From a virus (Duplodnaviria; Caudoviricetes), in IMG/VR virus record IMGVR_UViG_3300025718_000163, positions 1 through 50,433 of that record: a stretch of 50,433 nt of DNA. The stretch is one strand, 5' to 3'. Below the pieces are notes generated by a model, which searched no databases, was not told where the DNA came from, and saw only the letters and a program-made list of their open reading frames with translations. A program made the position numbers and the translations under genes. Positions 18,164 through 29,047 of this stretch are shown here, piece by piece. Positions within the stretch are counted from its first letter, which is position 1. Every line of letters starts with the position of its first letter.

Positions 18164-18707
18164 ACATTAATATAGCATGTCCTTGTAGATTTTGTACACG
18201 CGTAATTATTCCCAACTCTACCAGACGATGACGTATTTATTACTGCGCCTAAAAGTTTACCAATATGCAAATATTCTTCACGTTGTAAAGGATTATGAAA
18301 GGTTAGAGCGATAAAAATATCTCGCTTTGTAATCGGCAATTTCTCCATCACGCCTGTTACCGCTAATCGGGTTCGAACATTCAAATATATGTATTATTCG
18401 TGAGAAGTCGCCCTCACCTTCAACCATCTACAGAAACTCCAGGTAAATCACCGATAAAAAACCTAACGCACATTTTTTTGGAACGTGGGTCGCAATGTTT
18501 TGAGGGGAATATCTCTAGTCTTTTGTATTTCTTTAACTTAACTTTTTAGGTAGACTTACAGTATTTGCTCATCCCAGTTTCGGAATGGATCATGGTAATT
18601 TATTCAAGTACATATTAGTTGTCATTATTGAAAGGTGAAGTTCATATATCATAATATAAAGTTTTGCTGACAAAATTACATTATGAGAAGAAAGGAGACT
18701 TGTCTGC

Positions 18708-19847
18708 ATGTCTAAATTGCAAGGGATTACACAGATCGAACTTATTGCACAAAAAAACATGAACCTAGATACTGTCTGTTACAGAGGGGATGCACCTTTA
18801 GCTCATCTAGCCATGATTTCACAAGCCGATGTATTTGATCAGGTTTCTAATCCAGATGGGTTACAAAGGGATCTTTCACCAAAACACGCAAGCGATGCTT
18901 ACGAATACGTATCGAAACCGAAAGATCCGACTCGTCCCAGAGCTTACCCCGAGATAGTTATTAATGTGCGCAAAAAATCAGTCGTTCAAATCGAGGAAGA
19001 TGCTTCGGGCAAAATCAGGCTGGTATTCGACGTCGACCGAATACAGAAAGAAAAAGGAGTCTCAATAAGCCGAATCGATGGAAATCATCGGTTATATTTC
19101 GCAGATGGAGATAAAAACCGTAATCCAATTTTATCTCCCGTACCATTTCAGATTCATGTAGGCTTGACACGTGATCAAGAGCGGTCATTATTTGTTGACA
19201 TTAATGCAAACCAAAAAGGTCTAAATTCTTCACATTTAGCAATTATGGAAAGCAAATTAACTCCTGAGGAAATTGAGATACGGGACCATCTAGAACGTTG
19301 GATAACTAACAAGCTAACAAATGACCCCAGTTCACCGTGGCACGGTTTAATTCACCTAGGTGGTTCTAAGAAAGGATCCAGTGCTCAAGGTCTTACAAGG
19401 GTAGCCAACGAAACGAGTCTCCAGAGTGGAATTAACAAGCTTATTAAAAAGAGCCAGTACATTCATGATTTTACTGACCCCACTGCTCAATATGTTCTTG
19501 TAAGAAACTACTGGTTGGCGGTGAAACAAGAATTTGCATTGGAATGGGCTGATAGTAAAAATTATCTTTTACACAAGAATATTGGCCTTTTAAGCTTTTC
19601 TATTCTTGGTGGAACTATACTTGATCGCTGCATCCCCCGTAAAAAAATTGGTGTTGACGACTTTGTATTCTATATAAAGCAAGTTCATCAAGAGTTTGAC
19701 TGGGGTGTTAAAGGGCCAATTGCTGGAATGTCTGGTAACCAGGCCGCACTAAAACTAGCTGGAGCTATGGCCTCCGAGCTAACAGATGACTCAGACGCAA
19801 AAGACATGAGACAGTTGCAAGAACAACTCCTAAGGGATAATCATTAA
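18708..19847 (+). CDS. DGQHR-domain (DndB/ParB-like) protein
   Basis: GLQR, IDGNHR and FVDINANQK motifs. Confidence 0.85.
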   Translation: MSKLQGITQIELIAQKNMNLDTVCYRGDAPLAHLAMISQADVFDQVSNPDGLQRDLSPKHASDAYEYVSKPKDPTRPRAYPEIVINVRKKSVVQIEEDASGKIRLVFDVDRIQKEKGVSISRIDGNHRLYFADGDKNRNPILSPVPFQIHVGLTRDQERSLFVDINANQKGLNSSHLAIMESKLTPEEIEIRDHLERWITNKLTNDPSSPWHGLIHLGGSKKGSSAQGLTRVANETSLQSGINKLIKKSQYIHDFTDPTAQYVLVRNYWLAVKQEFALEWADSKNYLLHKNIGLLSFSILGGTILDRCIPRKKIGVDDFVFYIKQVHQEFDWGVKGPIAGMSGNQAALKLAGAMASELTDDSDAKDMRQLQEQLLRDNH

Positions 19848-19967
19848 TTGGAGATAAAGACATGTTACTTGAACATCACTTCTAATATTCTGAACTAATC
19901 TGAGGCTGCGCATTTCTTTAGATGGATGAAGTAAAAATATATTGTAATAAACGGGGAGGTAATAAAA

Positions 19968-20510
19968 ATGAACATTTTGTCTAGTCTATTTAATAAACCA
20001 AAAACGCTAAAAATCTGCCAAGAGCCGGTTAAAATAAAATCGGAAATTAAATTACATCATTTGGTAGACATAATGGAAAAAGGGGGGAAATTGGGCCTGG
20101 ATGTCGAGTTTGCCAGAGATGGGTGTTGGAATACTTGGACGTTGGAATTTAGCAATTTAATTCTGGTATTAACTAAGAATATGGAAAACAACAAATGTTG
20201 GTATTCGAAAATAAAACTTACTGATAAAAGTAAAGGTTTGGTCCTTTATGAATCGCCAAGTTTAAAAATTATTCATACTAATTATGGAAATGTTCTGGTT
20301 AGCTTAAGAAAGGATAATCTAGTAAATGGTTTATCAATCAATGAAAATGATTTAGGTGCTCATTATATTACTCTATATACGAAGATTCAAGAATTATATC
20401 CCAGCATTCATGGATATAATAAAAAAATTCAAAGTAGCGTAACTAATGAGTTGTCGGACAGAGGGCAACATTGCATTGAATTTACTGACTCTGAGAGTGA
20501 ACATTACTAA
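19968..20510 (+). CDS. Hypothetical protein
   Basis: 180-aa ORF with GGAGG RBS. Confidence 0.65.
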   Translation: MNILSSLFNKPKTLKICQEPVKIKSEIKLHHLVDIMEKGGKLGLDVEFARDGCWNTWTLEFSNLILVLTKNMENNKCWYSKIKLTDKSKGLVLYESPSLKIIHTNYGNVLVSLRKDNLVNGLSINENDLGAHYITLYTKIQELYPSIHGYNKKIQSSVTNELSDRGQHCIEFTDSESEHY

Positions 20511-20647
20511 TGTTTACGTTCTGATGTGATTAACCTAGTAACGTTCCGATATGGGGTTTGCAATAAAAGTGCATTACCTATTTTGTGAACCCCTCTTTCT
20601 TTCGCTTCTCATTTATTTATACATTAGTCAATTTCGGAGATGCAATG

Positions 20648-20684
20648 AAACCTCACGCTCTTTTTAGAACGTGAGGCTTTTTCT
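20648..20684 (+). terminator. Intrinsic terminator
   Basis: CCTCACGCTCT-TTTT-AGAACGTGAGG followed by a T-run. Confidence 0.6.
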
Positions 20685-21172
20685 TATGATTATGGTATAT
20701 GTCTAACAATAGTGGTCACGTTTCAACTGACCGCTTTTGTATGAATTGAGTTTCAACCATGGCGATGTTCTACCAGGAGGCGGTACCTAGAAATCAGTTC
20801 ACCTATCAAATCTGATCTACTCTGCATCTCCAATACCTACTTGACCAGTTCCTTTGCGTGACCCGGCTCCACCTTACACTTTGGCTCATCCTGAGCGTAT
20901 CGATGGTTCTCACATAGCATATATTCAATATATAAAACGACTATTAACGGTTAAATTTGAGCGTTGGAAAAGCCACCTAGTTCATAGGTGGCTTAAGATT
21001 TTATATTAATTTAATTTCTGGTACTACCCCCAATATATCCGCCTTATTAATTACAAATATCTCGTAAGCCATTTCTCAAATTAACGTGATCGGTTTATTT
21101 ACTCATTGCTAACCCTATAAAATCTAATATTGAACAATGCAATAATTACTATAATTTGGCGAATGTATTTTC

Positions 21173-21201
21173 TTTACACCGAACAATTGTTTTGTTAATA
21201 T
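21173..21201 (+). promoter_or_regulatory. SigA promoter with a LexA (Cheo) box in the spacer
   Basis: TTTACA-17 bp-TAATAT with TGn extension; CGAACAATTGTTTT at 21180-21193 resembles GAAC-N4-GTTC. Confidence 0.65.
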
Positions 21202-21237
21202 AGAAACAGGTATTCCTTTTCAGGAAGGTGAAGTGTT

Positions 21238-22491
21238 GTGAGCCAACGAATTATATTTCATATTGATGTGAATTCGGCTTATTTGTCATGGGAAGCCGTA
21301 CATCGCTTACAGCATGGAGACCCACTCGATCTTCGGACCGTTCCTTCTGTTATTGGTGGCGATCCCGTAACTCGTCATGGCATTGTATTGACGAAATCTA
21401 TTCCTGCTAAAAAGTATGATATTCAAACGGGCGAGAGTATTTTAAGCGCCAGTGCAAAATGCCCTGGACTAATTATAATACCTCCGGATTATGGATTGTA
21501 CATGCAATGCTCTAAAGCATTTGGTGACATTCTCCGTGAGTATTCTCCCTTGATTGAGCAGTACAGCATTGATGAGTATTTTGTGGATTTCACGAACATG
21601 GGAAGCCTTTATAGAGATCCTGTGGAAGCTGCTTACATAATTAAAGACCGTATTAAAAATGAGCTAGGCTTTACTGTTAATGTCGGCGTTAGTACGAACA
21701 AGATCCTTGCTAAAATGGCCTCGGAGCTCAAGAAGCCCGATAAAGTACACACTATTTTCCCAGGCGAGATTGCAGAGAAAATGTGGGTTCTGCCTGTTGA
21801 AGAACTGTTTATGGTCGGTCGTGCAACCGCGAAGAAGTTACGGAGCCGGGCCATCAACACGATCGGTGATCTGGCTAATTATGACCCCAAGATCCTTAAA
21901 CTCATTCTTAAGAGCCATGGCCTATTGGTCTGGAATTACGCTAACGGAAATGAAGCAAGCCCTGTGAGAGAATGTCGAAGACCTCTAATTAAAGGGATTG
22001 GGAACTCAACTACAGTTCCTTTTGATGTTTTAGATAAAACGACTGCTCACCTTGTTTTGCTATCTTTGACAGAGACAGTTGCTGCAAGATTGAGACAGGC
22101 TAAATATTGTGCTAGGTTAGTCTCCGTTTCGCTAAAGACTAATGAATTCTATTCTTGTTCACATCAACGTAAATTCTCGTCTGCGATTGATTGCACTAAT
22201 GCTATCCATGAGCTGGCTTGCGAACTGTTCGATGAACTTTGGAAAGGTGAGCCAGTTCGGCAATTGGGGGTCCGTGTGTCTGAACTGACCCAGAATGATT
22301 TCCATCAGTTATCTCTTTTTGAGAAGGATTACGAAAAGCAGCGATTAGTGGATCAAGCAGTCGATTCTTTACGTGAGAGGTTCGGGAATGGTTCAGTGTT
22401 CAGGTCCTCGTTCTTGGATAGCGGAATAAGGTTCCAGACCGGGGGGACAGTCGATGACGAGGAATTTCCGATGATGTCTAGCCAATTGTAA
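21238..22491 (+). CDS. dinB: Y-family DNA polymerase (DinB/UmuC-like)
   Basis: FHIDVNSAY, SIDE and KMASELKKP motifs. Confidence 0.9.
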   Translation: MSQRIIFHIDVNSAYLSWEAVHRLQHGDPLDLRTVPSVIGGDPVTRHGIVLTKSIPAKKYDIQTGESILSASAKCPGLIIIPPDYGLYMQCSKAFGDILREYSPLIEQYSIDEYFVDFTNMGSLYRDPVEAAYIIKDRIKNELGFTVNVGVSTNKILAKMASELKKPDKVHTIFPGEIAEKMWVLPVEELFMVGRATAKKLRSRAINTIGDLANYDPKILKLILKSHGLLVWNYANGNEASPVRECRRPLIKGIGNSTTVPFDVLDKTTAHLVLLSLTETVAARLRQAKYCARLVSVSLKTNEFYSCSHQRKFSSAIDCTNAIHELACELFDELWKGEPVRQLGVRVSELTQNDFHQLSLFEKDYEKQRLVDQAVDSLRERFGNGSVFRSSFLDSGIRFQTGGTVDDEEFPMMSSQL

Positions 22492-22524
22492 CTGCGTTAT
22501 TGATATTCCACAATTGACGAAAGT

Positions 22525-23193
22525 TTAAAATAGGGCTGATGCTACAGGAGCCAAACACTCAGTCCCCTTATTCTTAGGTGAATTTACTAACGTTGAAACC
22601 TCATAAGCGATCATCTGGTCCGCTGGATACGGCATTAATAAGGTCTTAAGAAATGAGCTATCTATAACACCTTGATCCATCCACACCTGCTCAACTTCCC
22701 ATGGAAGAATGACAGGCATGCGCTTGTGTATTGGTGCCATGAGTTCATTTGGAGTCGTTGTGATAATGCTACACGAATTTACGATAACCCCAGTCGGTGA
22801 CTTCCACGTGTCCCAGAGGCCAGCAAATCCAAATAGTTCTTTAGTCTTTAGAGTTATCCGGTAGGGACGCTTGGTGGATCCTTCTTTCTTCCACTCATAA
22901 AACCCATCCGCTACTATAAGGCAACGCTTTCGCTGGAGGCTAAGTTGAAAACTAGGTTTTTCGTCTACAGTCTCTGCCCTAGCGTTTATCAACTTATTGC
23001 CGATCGCAAGATCTTTGGCCCAAAACGGTATCAGGCCCCACCTAAACATAGCTAGATGATTTGACCCATCATTAATTATGACAGGGACATCTTGAGTGGG
23101 GGCTAAGTTATAGTTGGGTTTTAAGTTCTGCGGTTCTATTTGGAATCTTTTCTCAATGCCTGTGATATCTGCTATGATAAAGCGTCCGCACAT
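22525..23193 (-). CDS. SOS response-associated peptidase (SRAP/YedK)
   Basis: MCGRF, INARAET, GFYEW and HKRMPVIL motifs. Confidence 0.93.
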   Translation of the reverse strand: MCGRFIIADITGIEKRFQIEPQNLKPNYNLAPTQDVPVIINDGSNHLAMFRWGLIPFWAKDLAIGNKLINARAETVDEKPSFQLSLQRKRCLIVADGFYEWKKEGSTKRPYRITLKTKELFGFAGLWDTWKSPTGVIVNSCSIITTTPNELMAPIHKRMPVILPWEVEQVWMDQGVIDSSFLKTLLMPYPADQMIAYEVSTLVNSPKNKGTECLAPVASALF

Positions 23194-23218
23194 ACTTAGA
23201 GCTCCTAACCATTATTTC

Positions 23219-23431
23219 TTATTCCCACAATTTATCAAACAAAGTCTTTGTTTCTTTTTTGATTCGCTCAGTCTCTAGTCTATCAAAGACATATGTTCCA
23301 TCGGTACATCGGATGGCATCTCCCTCTTTTAGTTCAGCCGGAAGGTCTTTCTTGAGGACATCAACCATTTTTCTACCCTCAAATTCTACAACAGCATAGT
23401 CCCCTTCAAATCGGTCTATAATTCCCTTCAT
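23219..23431 (-). CDS. DUF3006 protein
   Basis: IIDRFEGDYAVVE..LP..LKEGD; typical partner of a ComEC-like gene. Confidence 0.85.
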   Translation of the reverse strand: MKGIIDRFEGDYAVVEFEGRKMVDVLKKDLPAELKEGDAIRCTDGTYVFDRLETERIKKETKTLFDKLWE

Positions 23432-23447
23432 CTATTATACCCCCCAT

Positions 23448-24644
23448 TTATTGCGGTGGTTTACAGATACTACATGGCGTAAGTCCACTTGATCTCGCAG
23501 CGCTTATAGTCATTGGGATTTTACTCTTAGACAGAGACTTGCAACCATCTACATGATATTTTGATCCCGTTTTTGTCCCGTAAACCGTAATGCCTTGATT
23601 ATTGCTTTGACTTGGGGCTGGAGTTGGTTCTTCAACAACTGCGGCAGCAGGGACAGAACTAGGCGCGCGTGGTTGAACGGAACAGCCTAATGTTTTGAAG
23701 GTGATCGTTTCTCCATCTGATTCACAGACAATCGTTCCCGACTCATCGGTTCTATAAATGGTTGCTCCAATACTGCTGAGCCTCACGAGAGCCTCCCCGG
23801 TAGGATGCCCATAGCTATTCCCCTTACCAACACTAATCACGGCATACTTAGGCGCAACTAGTTTAAGAAATGCTGCTGTGCTTGAAGTTCTCGACCCATG
23901 ATGTCCTACCTTCAATACATCTACCTTTAGTTGACTTCCAAGGTGTAACATTTCAGACTCTGACTGAGTTTCCGCATCCCCAGTGAAAAGAAACGAATTC
24001 TTCCCATAGACTAGGCGAAGAACTGCACTATAATCGTTAATATCCTGGTATCCTGAAGAGTTAGGTGCGAGTAGTTCTGCGTAAATCTCCGAACCCAGAT
24101 CGAGCTTCACGCCTGCTTTAGCTTCGATTGGTTTAAGACCCTTGCTAGCAATGGCCGTCATGACATCACGAAAAGTTTGTGTGTTGGATGATTCCTTGGG
24201 CATAACCACTTGCCCTATATCGAAGGTCTTTATGACCGTATCCATGCTCCCAATATGGTCTTCGTGACTGTGCGTAGCAATGACATAATCCAGTCGGTCA
24301 ATGTTTTGGGCTTTAATGTAATTCACAATCGTCGTAGCGTCACCATTATTGCCTGCGTCTATAAGTACATTTTTACCACCAGGGGTTTGGATAAGAATGC
24401 TATCGGCTTGACCCACATCTATATAGGAAACCTTTAGTTTTTTCCCTGCTAAAACGGCGGTTGTATTTACAACCCCATCGGTCGGTGAAGCACTTGCGGA
24501 AGGGTCTGCTTTGACAGATTCTACAGCGGTTGTCTGGGTAGCTGGTGCTATATTTGCTGTTGTGGTGTTCGCTTGTGGCGTTCCACATCCTAAAAGTCCT
24601 GAAATTAAGAAAATGGTTATAAGCAATGAAGTGATCTTTTTCAA
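23448..24644 (-). CDS. ComEC/Rec2-like MBL-fold hydrolase lipoprotein
   Basis: Lipobox LLGC; DVGQAD, THSHEDHIG, KVGHHGS and YGHP motifs; C-terminal KYH..C..C..C. Confidence 0.9.
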   Translation of the reverse strand: MKKITSLLITIFLISGLLGCGTPQANTTTANIAPATQTTAVESVKADPSASASPTDGVVNTTAVLAGKKLKVSYIDVGQADSILIQTPGGKNVLIDAGNNGDATTIVNYIKAQNIDRLDYVIATHSHEDHIGSMDTVIKTFDIGQVVMPKESSNTQTFRDVMTAIASKGLKPIEAKAGVKLDLGSEIYAELLAPNSSGYQDINDYSAVLRLVYGKNSFLFTGDAETQSESEMLHLGSQLKVDVLKVGHHGSRTSSTAAFLKLVAPKYAVISVGKGNSYGHPTGEALVRLSSIGATIYRTDESGTIVCESDGETITFKTLGCSVQPRAPSSVPAAAVVEEPTPAPSQSNNQGITVYGTKTGSKYHVDGCKSLSKSKIPMTISAARSSGLTPCSICKPPQ

Positions 24645-24771
24645 GCTTTGAAGCTCCTCTCTTGAATTGTAAAATGAAAGACTCTCAATAGATTATACTA
24701 TAATATCTTATGAATGTAGCCAAAGGTAAAATTATACGAAAATAGATGAAGTCTCAGACTGAGGCTTAACC

Positions 24772-25023
24772 TTAGTTCTGAGACTTCTGTACAAAGTACA
24801 CAACTACGTTGAAAACAGCAATGAAACTAAATGCCAAATTCGTCGCCCACAGCACCCTTGTCACGCTCAACTGGCTCTTCAAATTCCTCTTTGCTACATG
24901 AATTAGGTAGATGCAAACTAAGCCAACTCCGACTATTTTGAAGTAATGCAGTGCATTATTGCCGACAAAGTAATTCGATATTGGATTTCCTTCTCCGCCC
25001 TGGCCTAAAGCATCTACGGACAA
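24772..25023 (-). pseudogene. 5'-truncated DUF5658-like membrane protein (duplicate of 27394-27716)
   Basis: Near-identical to the second copy from EGNP onward; lacks the first transmembrane segment. Confidence 0.65.
24783..24994. repeat. Direct repeat of about 212 bp, copy 1
   Basis: Aligns with 27414-27625 at roughly 90% identity by eye. Confidence 0.9.
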
Positions 25024-25114
25024 ATTAACATAAGTCCTCGTCTATTAGATAAAACTGATCAATTAATATTTGGATAAATTATAAATATGCAACGTTTTAT
25101 AATGAATTTTAATT

Positions 25115-26878
25115 TTATCCAAAGTTCTCAATAATCTTTTCTTTAAGAATATCCCTATCCCATAATATTACATCATTAGTTTTTGCGAGCTCAATGGCAG
25201 ATTTAGTAAAGTAACGGTTTGTAATTACCATAGCCTTATTTAAATGATAATGTTTTACCCCAGCAACAACTTCTTGAATCGCAGAATTTTTGACATCCTT
25301 CGCATAACGTTTACACTGGATACCAATGTTATTGTTGTTTTTATTAACAACAACATCAATACCCTGGTCTTGAGAACCCTTTGTCACAGCCGAGGTGTAC
25401 CCCATTTTACTGAATAAAATGGAAATAAATTTTTCGAATTCATGGCCATTCATTAAATCAATATCGTTAATTGTATAAAGCGGATTTTCATTGCTAAATT
25501 CAAGCGACTTATCGAAAATAGCGTATTTCCTCTGCTCAAATAGGTTGAATAGATTAAGTTTTACGTAATCTAAACATAATAGGTAATTCATAGAACCACT
25601 TATTATGCCTCCAAACTTTTGATATTTTATTAAAAAATATACAAATTTACCCAGTGTGTCTTCTTTTAATAAAGCTGCACTATCTATAAAATCAATTGAT
25701 GAGTAAATTTTCAAACACTCTTGTAAATCTAGTTCAATAATATTAAAAAATAACTTACCAAAATCTTTTTGCCATTTTGATGCAAAAAAGTCAATATTTA
25801 ATTTATATAGCAGTTTCCAACAAGACAAAATTCTAATTTCAATTGATTGAAACGAATACTTTTCACTCAAAGTTTTTGTCAGCATATCAAAGTTTTCTCC
25901 CAATCCTGAAGTGATAAAGAAGCTAGCCCCCTCTCTAAAATCATCAACGTTAGCAAGAAGCACAAAATCGCCCTTTTTCCCTAACATGTTGTAAATGTTT
26001 CTTTCATACCTAAAAATACTTTCTTTATTAAGAAAAACCGTTTCCCAATACCTATTAAGAAAATTCCCACAAATTTCCTTTACATCATCTCTATGAATTA
26101 AATCATTAACAGTTTGAATAACCAAATTGTTTAACTGACTTTCTCTTTCTTCTCGATATTGATTTTCCTCAAATTTACGATGAGTAATTGTAGCGATGTG
26201 GTTTTGGAAATCTTGTATCTGTCCAATGCATTCGAATTTTATATCTAATTTATACGTACAAGATAGGCATATTTCTACACCACTACTAGTAAACTCAAAA
26301 TCCATATCTTCGTTATATTGATTAAATTTCGTAAGCGAACCTACCTCACTAAAAAAGAATATACAATAATCTTTTGCTATTGCATAAATGGGTCTATTTT
26401 CCCATCCAAGCTTAACCCATCCCAAAATGTAAGTAGCTGTATCATTTTCGGCTTTAGTTAGATTATTCCAATCATTATTTAATTTGTATTTCTCCAACAA
26501 TTTTGAGCGTTTCCTATTAATTCCATCATTTAACGAACTAATCAAATTATCGACAAAAATTTCTTCATTATTCTTTATACTTATACCTCTTTGCTCAAGA
26601 ACTATAATAAAATTATATAAAAGATCTTTGTAAAATTCATAGGCTCTTTTTTGGAAATCATCACTTACACCTAAACTTGAATAATATTTTTCTCTCGACT
26701 TAATCAAAGTAATGAGAACATCTTTATAATTAACAACATTACTATAGAATGACATAATCATTGATTCATTTCTAATAATAAAATTACCGATTTCGTTTAT
26801 CATTAAACTCTTTAATTTTTCTGGCATATCTAATTTATCATCTACGCAGTCATTTTTAAAATCACACACTATAACCAT
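25115..26878 (-). CDS. Mrr-family restriction endonuclease with a long N-terminal region
   Basis: C-terminal GHEFE..GSQDQGIDVV..IQCKRY..AIQEV..ITNRYFT.SA. Confidence 0.85.
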   Translation of the reverse strand: MVIVCDFKNDCVDDKLDMPEKLKSLMINEIGNFIIRNESMIMSFYSNVVNYKDVLITLIKSREKYYSSLGVSDDFQKRAYEFYKDLLYNFIIVLEQRGISIKNNEEIFVDNLISSLNDGINRKRSKLLEKYKLNNDWNNLTKAENDTATYILGWVKLGWENRPIYAIAKDYCIFFFSEVGSLTKFNQYNEDMDFEFTSSGVEICLSCTYKLDIKFECIGQIQDFQNHIATITHRKFEENQYREERESQLNNLVIQTVNDLIHRDDVKEICGNFLNRYWETVFLNKESIFRYERNIYNMLGKKGDFVLLANVDDFREGASFFITSGLGENFDMLTKTLSEKYSFQSIEIRILSCWKLLYKLNIDFFASKWQKDFGKLFFNIIELDLQECLKIYSSIDFIDSAALLKEDTLGKFVYFLIKYQKFGGIISGSMNYLLCLDYVKLNLFNLFEQRKYAIFDKSLEFSNENPLYTINDIDLMNGHEFEKFISILFSKMGYTSAVTKGSQDQGIDVVVNKNNNNIGIQCKRYAKDVKNSAIQEVVAGVKHYHLNKAMVITNRYFTKSAIELAKTNDVILWDRDILKEKIIENFG

Positions 26879-27393
26879 CTCCTTACTCTGACAACTGAGC
26901 CAGTCCCACTATAAGGATACCTTCTGTCTTGACCTTTTGAAAAATTCGTGTTCCTTTGCCTTGGTTGGTGGGGAATCAAACATAGATTTCATCTTTCGAA
27001 ATAAGGTAAGTCACCTCAGCAGCAAAATGAGCCGTTTCTCGTGAAACTTGGGCCACTAATACCAGTTACTAAAACGTGTATGTTAAGCATAATTTTACCC
27101 GTCTGGGTTCGCCAGATTTGTGCATAGAACACGTTTAGGAGGCATGGCGCTCAGCTTATAGACTGGTTCTTGGTAGCCGATTACTGAACGTCTTAGAATT
27201 AAAATGTGATAACCGCCGCTTCCCATGCCGGGTCCAGGATTCGATTGCTTAAATCAACTACGCCATTTTTATTGCTCATTGAATCAACACGCCCTTTTAT
27301 TTCATTATAAATACATCCCATGCAGAACATCACATGTTCCTCTTTACTAAGGCGTTACACCTTTCCCAATCTCCAAATGATCCAGTGACATAT

Positions 27394-27716
27394 TTACTTC
27401 AGTGCAAAGTCATACTTCTGTACAAAGTACACAACTACGTTAGAAGCAGCAATGAAACTAAATGCCAAATTCGTCACCCACAGCACCCTTATCACGCTCA
27501 ACTGACTCTTTAAATTCCTCTTTGCTACATGAATTAGGTAGATGCAAACTAAGCCAACTCCGACTATCTTGAAGTAATGCAGCGCATTATGGCCGACAAA
27601 GTAATTTGGTATTGGATTTCCTTCTACTGACCCATGACTTATTAATAGCATGGTAGTTAGATAATCTACCATGTTTAATATGCAGAAAAGTAACAGTAGT
27701 TTATATACTTGTTTCA
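27394..27716 (-). CDS. DUF5658-like membrane protein
   Basis: DYLTT..EGNP motif; the reading frame extends to a CTG after AGGAGG. Confidence 0.7.
27414..27625. repeat. Direct repeat of about 212 bp, copy 2
   Basis: Matches 24783-24994. Confidence 0.9.
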
Positions 27717-27742
27717 GAGTTTTGCCTCCTATTCAACGACAC

Positions 27743-27961
27743 TTATTCAGCATCACTAATTCGTACAAACCGACAAAGGCTTACATCCCACATCCATTCT
27801 GATTGATCTTGGGAATTGCTACTCAGAAAATTAGTTAAAACGTCATGCTCTGATTCAATCAAAGCCGTTTCAAACCACTCTTCGAGGGATATATTAAGCG
27901 ATTTGCAAACCGCTTCTAGTCGTGCTTTGACTTTTTCGTCTGCAGGAAAGGCTATGTACAT
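27743..27961 (-). CDS. Hypothetical protein (possible RHH-like)
   Basis: 72-aa ORF with GGGGTG RBS. Confidence 0.65.
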   Translation of the reverse strand: MYIAFPADEKVKARLEAVCKSLNISLEEWFETALIESEHDVLTNFLSSNSQDQSEWMWDVSLCRFVRISDAE

Positions 27962-28130
27962 TTAAAGTCACCCCAATATTTGTTTTGATTGATTACTTCA
28001 TCTGCCTCCTACATTGATTCTTCATAATTTATCAAATTCCTCCATTCAATCACCAGAGAATAAAAAAAGACGCTTATTCAGCGTCAGTGTATCGGACAGA
28101 CCGACTAAGGTTTTATATTCAGCTCAAATT

Positions 28131-28225
28131 CTACAGACTTAACCCACCCAAAAAATCCTTTAACTTAACCAGTTCCTCTTTGGTAAGCGTTACGCACTTG
28201 CCCATCTTCGTATGATCAGACGACT
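28131..28225 (-). pseudogene. YdbC/PC4-like ssDNA-binding protein remnant
   Basis: Translates SDHTKMGKCVTLTKEELVKLKDFL, matching the family C-terminus; no start codon. Confidence 0.55.
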
Positions 28226-28291
28226 GGAATAGGAATAATATTATTCCATTAAAATTACCATGACAATAATTAAATATTCAATGTCGCATTG

Positions 28292-29047
28292 TTATACCTT
28301 ACTAATTTTTACATTCGCCATGAATTCATACCCACTTGGCGCTGCATCCATTTCAAAAGAATAACTTGCAGCATTGCCTTGATGGTCAAGTGAGAGCCAC
28401 AAATGAAAAAGTGAAATACCAATATCAATCTGATTCATCTTCCCATATACCTGTGCTTTGAGAAGATTCAACTTCTTCCGGCTCACTGTTATAACGTCTA
28501 AATCTCCACTAAAAAACCACGTCTGTGTATTAGAGGCTGATGGAGCAAGGCGAACAGGCTCAAGCAGTGCATCCGCACCAGCTACACTTGAAATTTCAGG
28601 CAAGTTTTTACGCTTAAATTCGGAGGTATTCGCTCTGTGAATCGGTTCCGTGGTATTCCCGAATGCGAGCATGATTACAAACTCTAATCCGTTCATAAGC
28701 ACGGGTACGCCTTTAGCGGGTTTTGCCATCCCCAGCCAGCAACTAGCGAGATTGTTATTGGAAAGGTACAAGTCAACCTGCTGGAGCAAATACCCCGCAT
28801 TCATCAAATAGTTCCCCTTTTTCTCGGAATACAGGCAAATGTAGTGCGGTGCTTTGATAGGCAAGAGATTCTTAACATCAGCGGAACCAAGGTAGGCGAA
28901 CTCATAACGAATACTTTCGTCAAGCGGCTTGGCGACGCTTGCATATTCTTGTAACTTTTCAATTGTGTCGGCGTGGAGTGCCGACATGTCATATTTCCGG
29001 ATGGACCTCCGGCGAAATATTGCGTTATAGAGTTGAGAATTTGTCAT
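28292..29047 (-). CDS. Nitroreductase family protein
   Basis: RRSIRKY, LASCWLG and RLAPSASNTQTW motifs. Confidence 0.88.
   Translation of the reverse strand: MTNSQLYNAIFRRRSIRKYDMSALHADTIEKLQEYASVAKPLDESIRYEFAYLGSADVKNLLPIKAPHYICLYSEKKGNYLMNAGYLLQQVDLYLSNNNLASCWLGMAKPAKGVPVLMNGLEFVIMLAFGNTTEPIHRANTSEFKRKNLPEISSVAGADALLEPVRLAPSASNTQTWFFSGDLDVITVSRKKLNLLKAQVYGKMNQIDIGISLFHLWLSLDHQGNAASYSFEMDAAPSGYEFMANVKISKV

Noticed and set aside
18145-18384. 79-aa ORF upstream of the repressor
   Set aside because: Overlaps the promoter/operator region; no RBS or recognisable motif
20740-20920. Possible short gene (MLCENHRYAQDEPKCKVEPGHAKELVK*)
   Set aside because: Short and interrupted; cannot assign a family
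26880-27280. Short ORF fragments upstream of the Mrr-like gene
   Set aside because: Only fragments under 40 codons with no recognisable family
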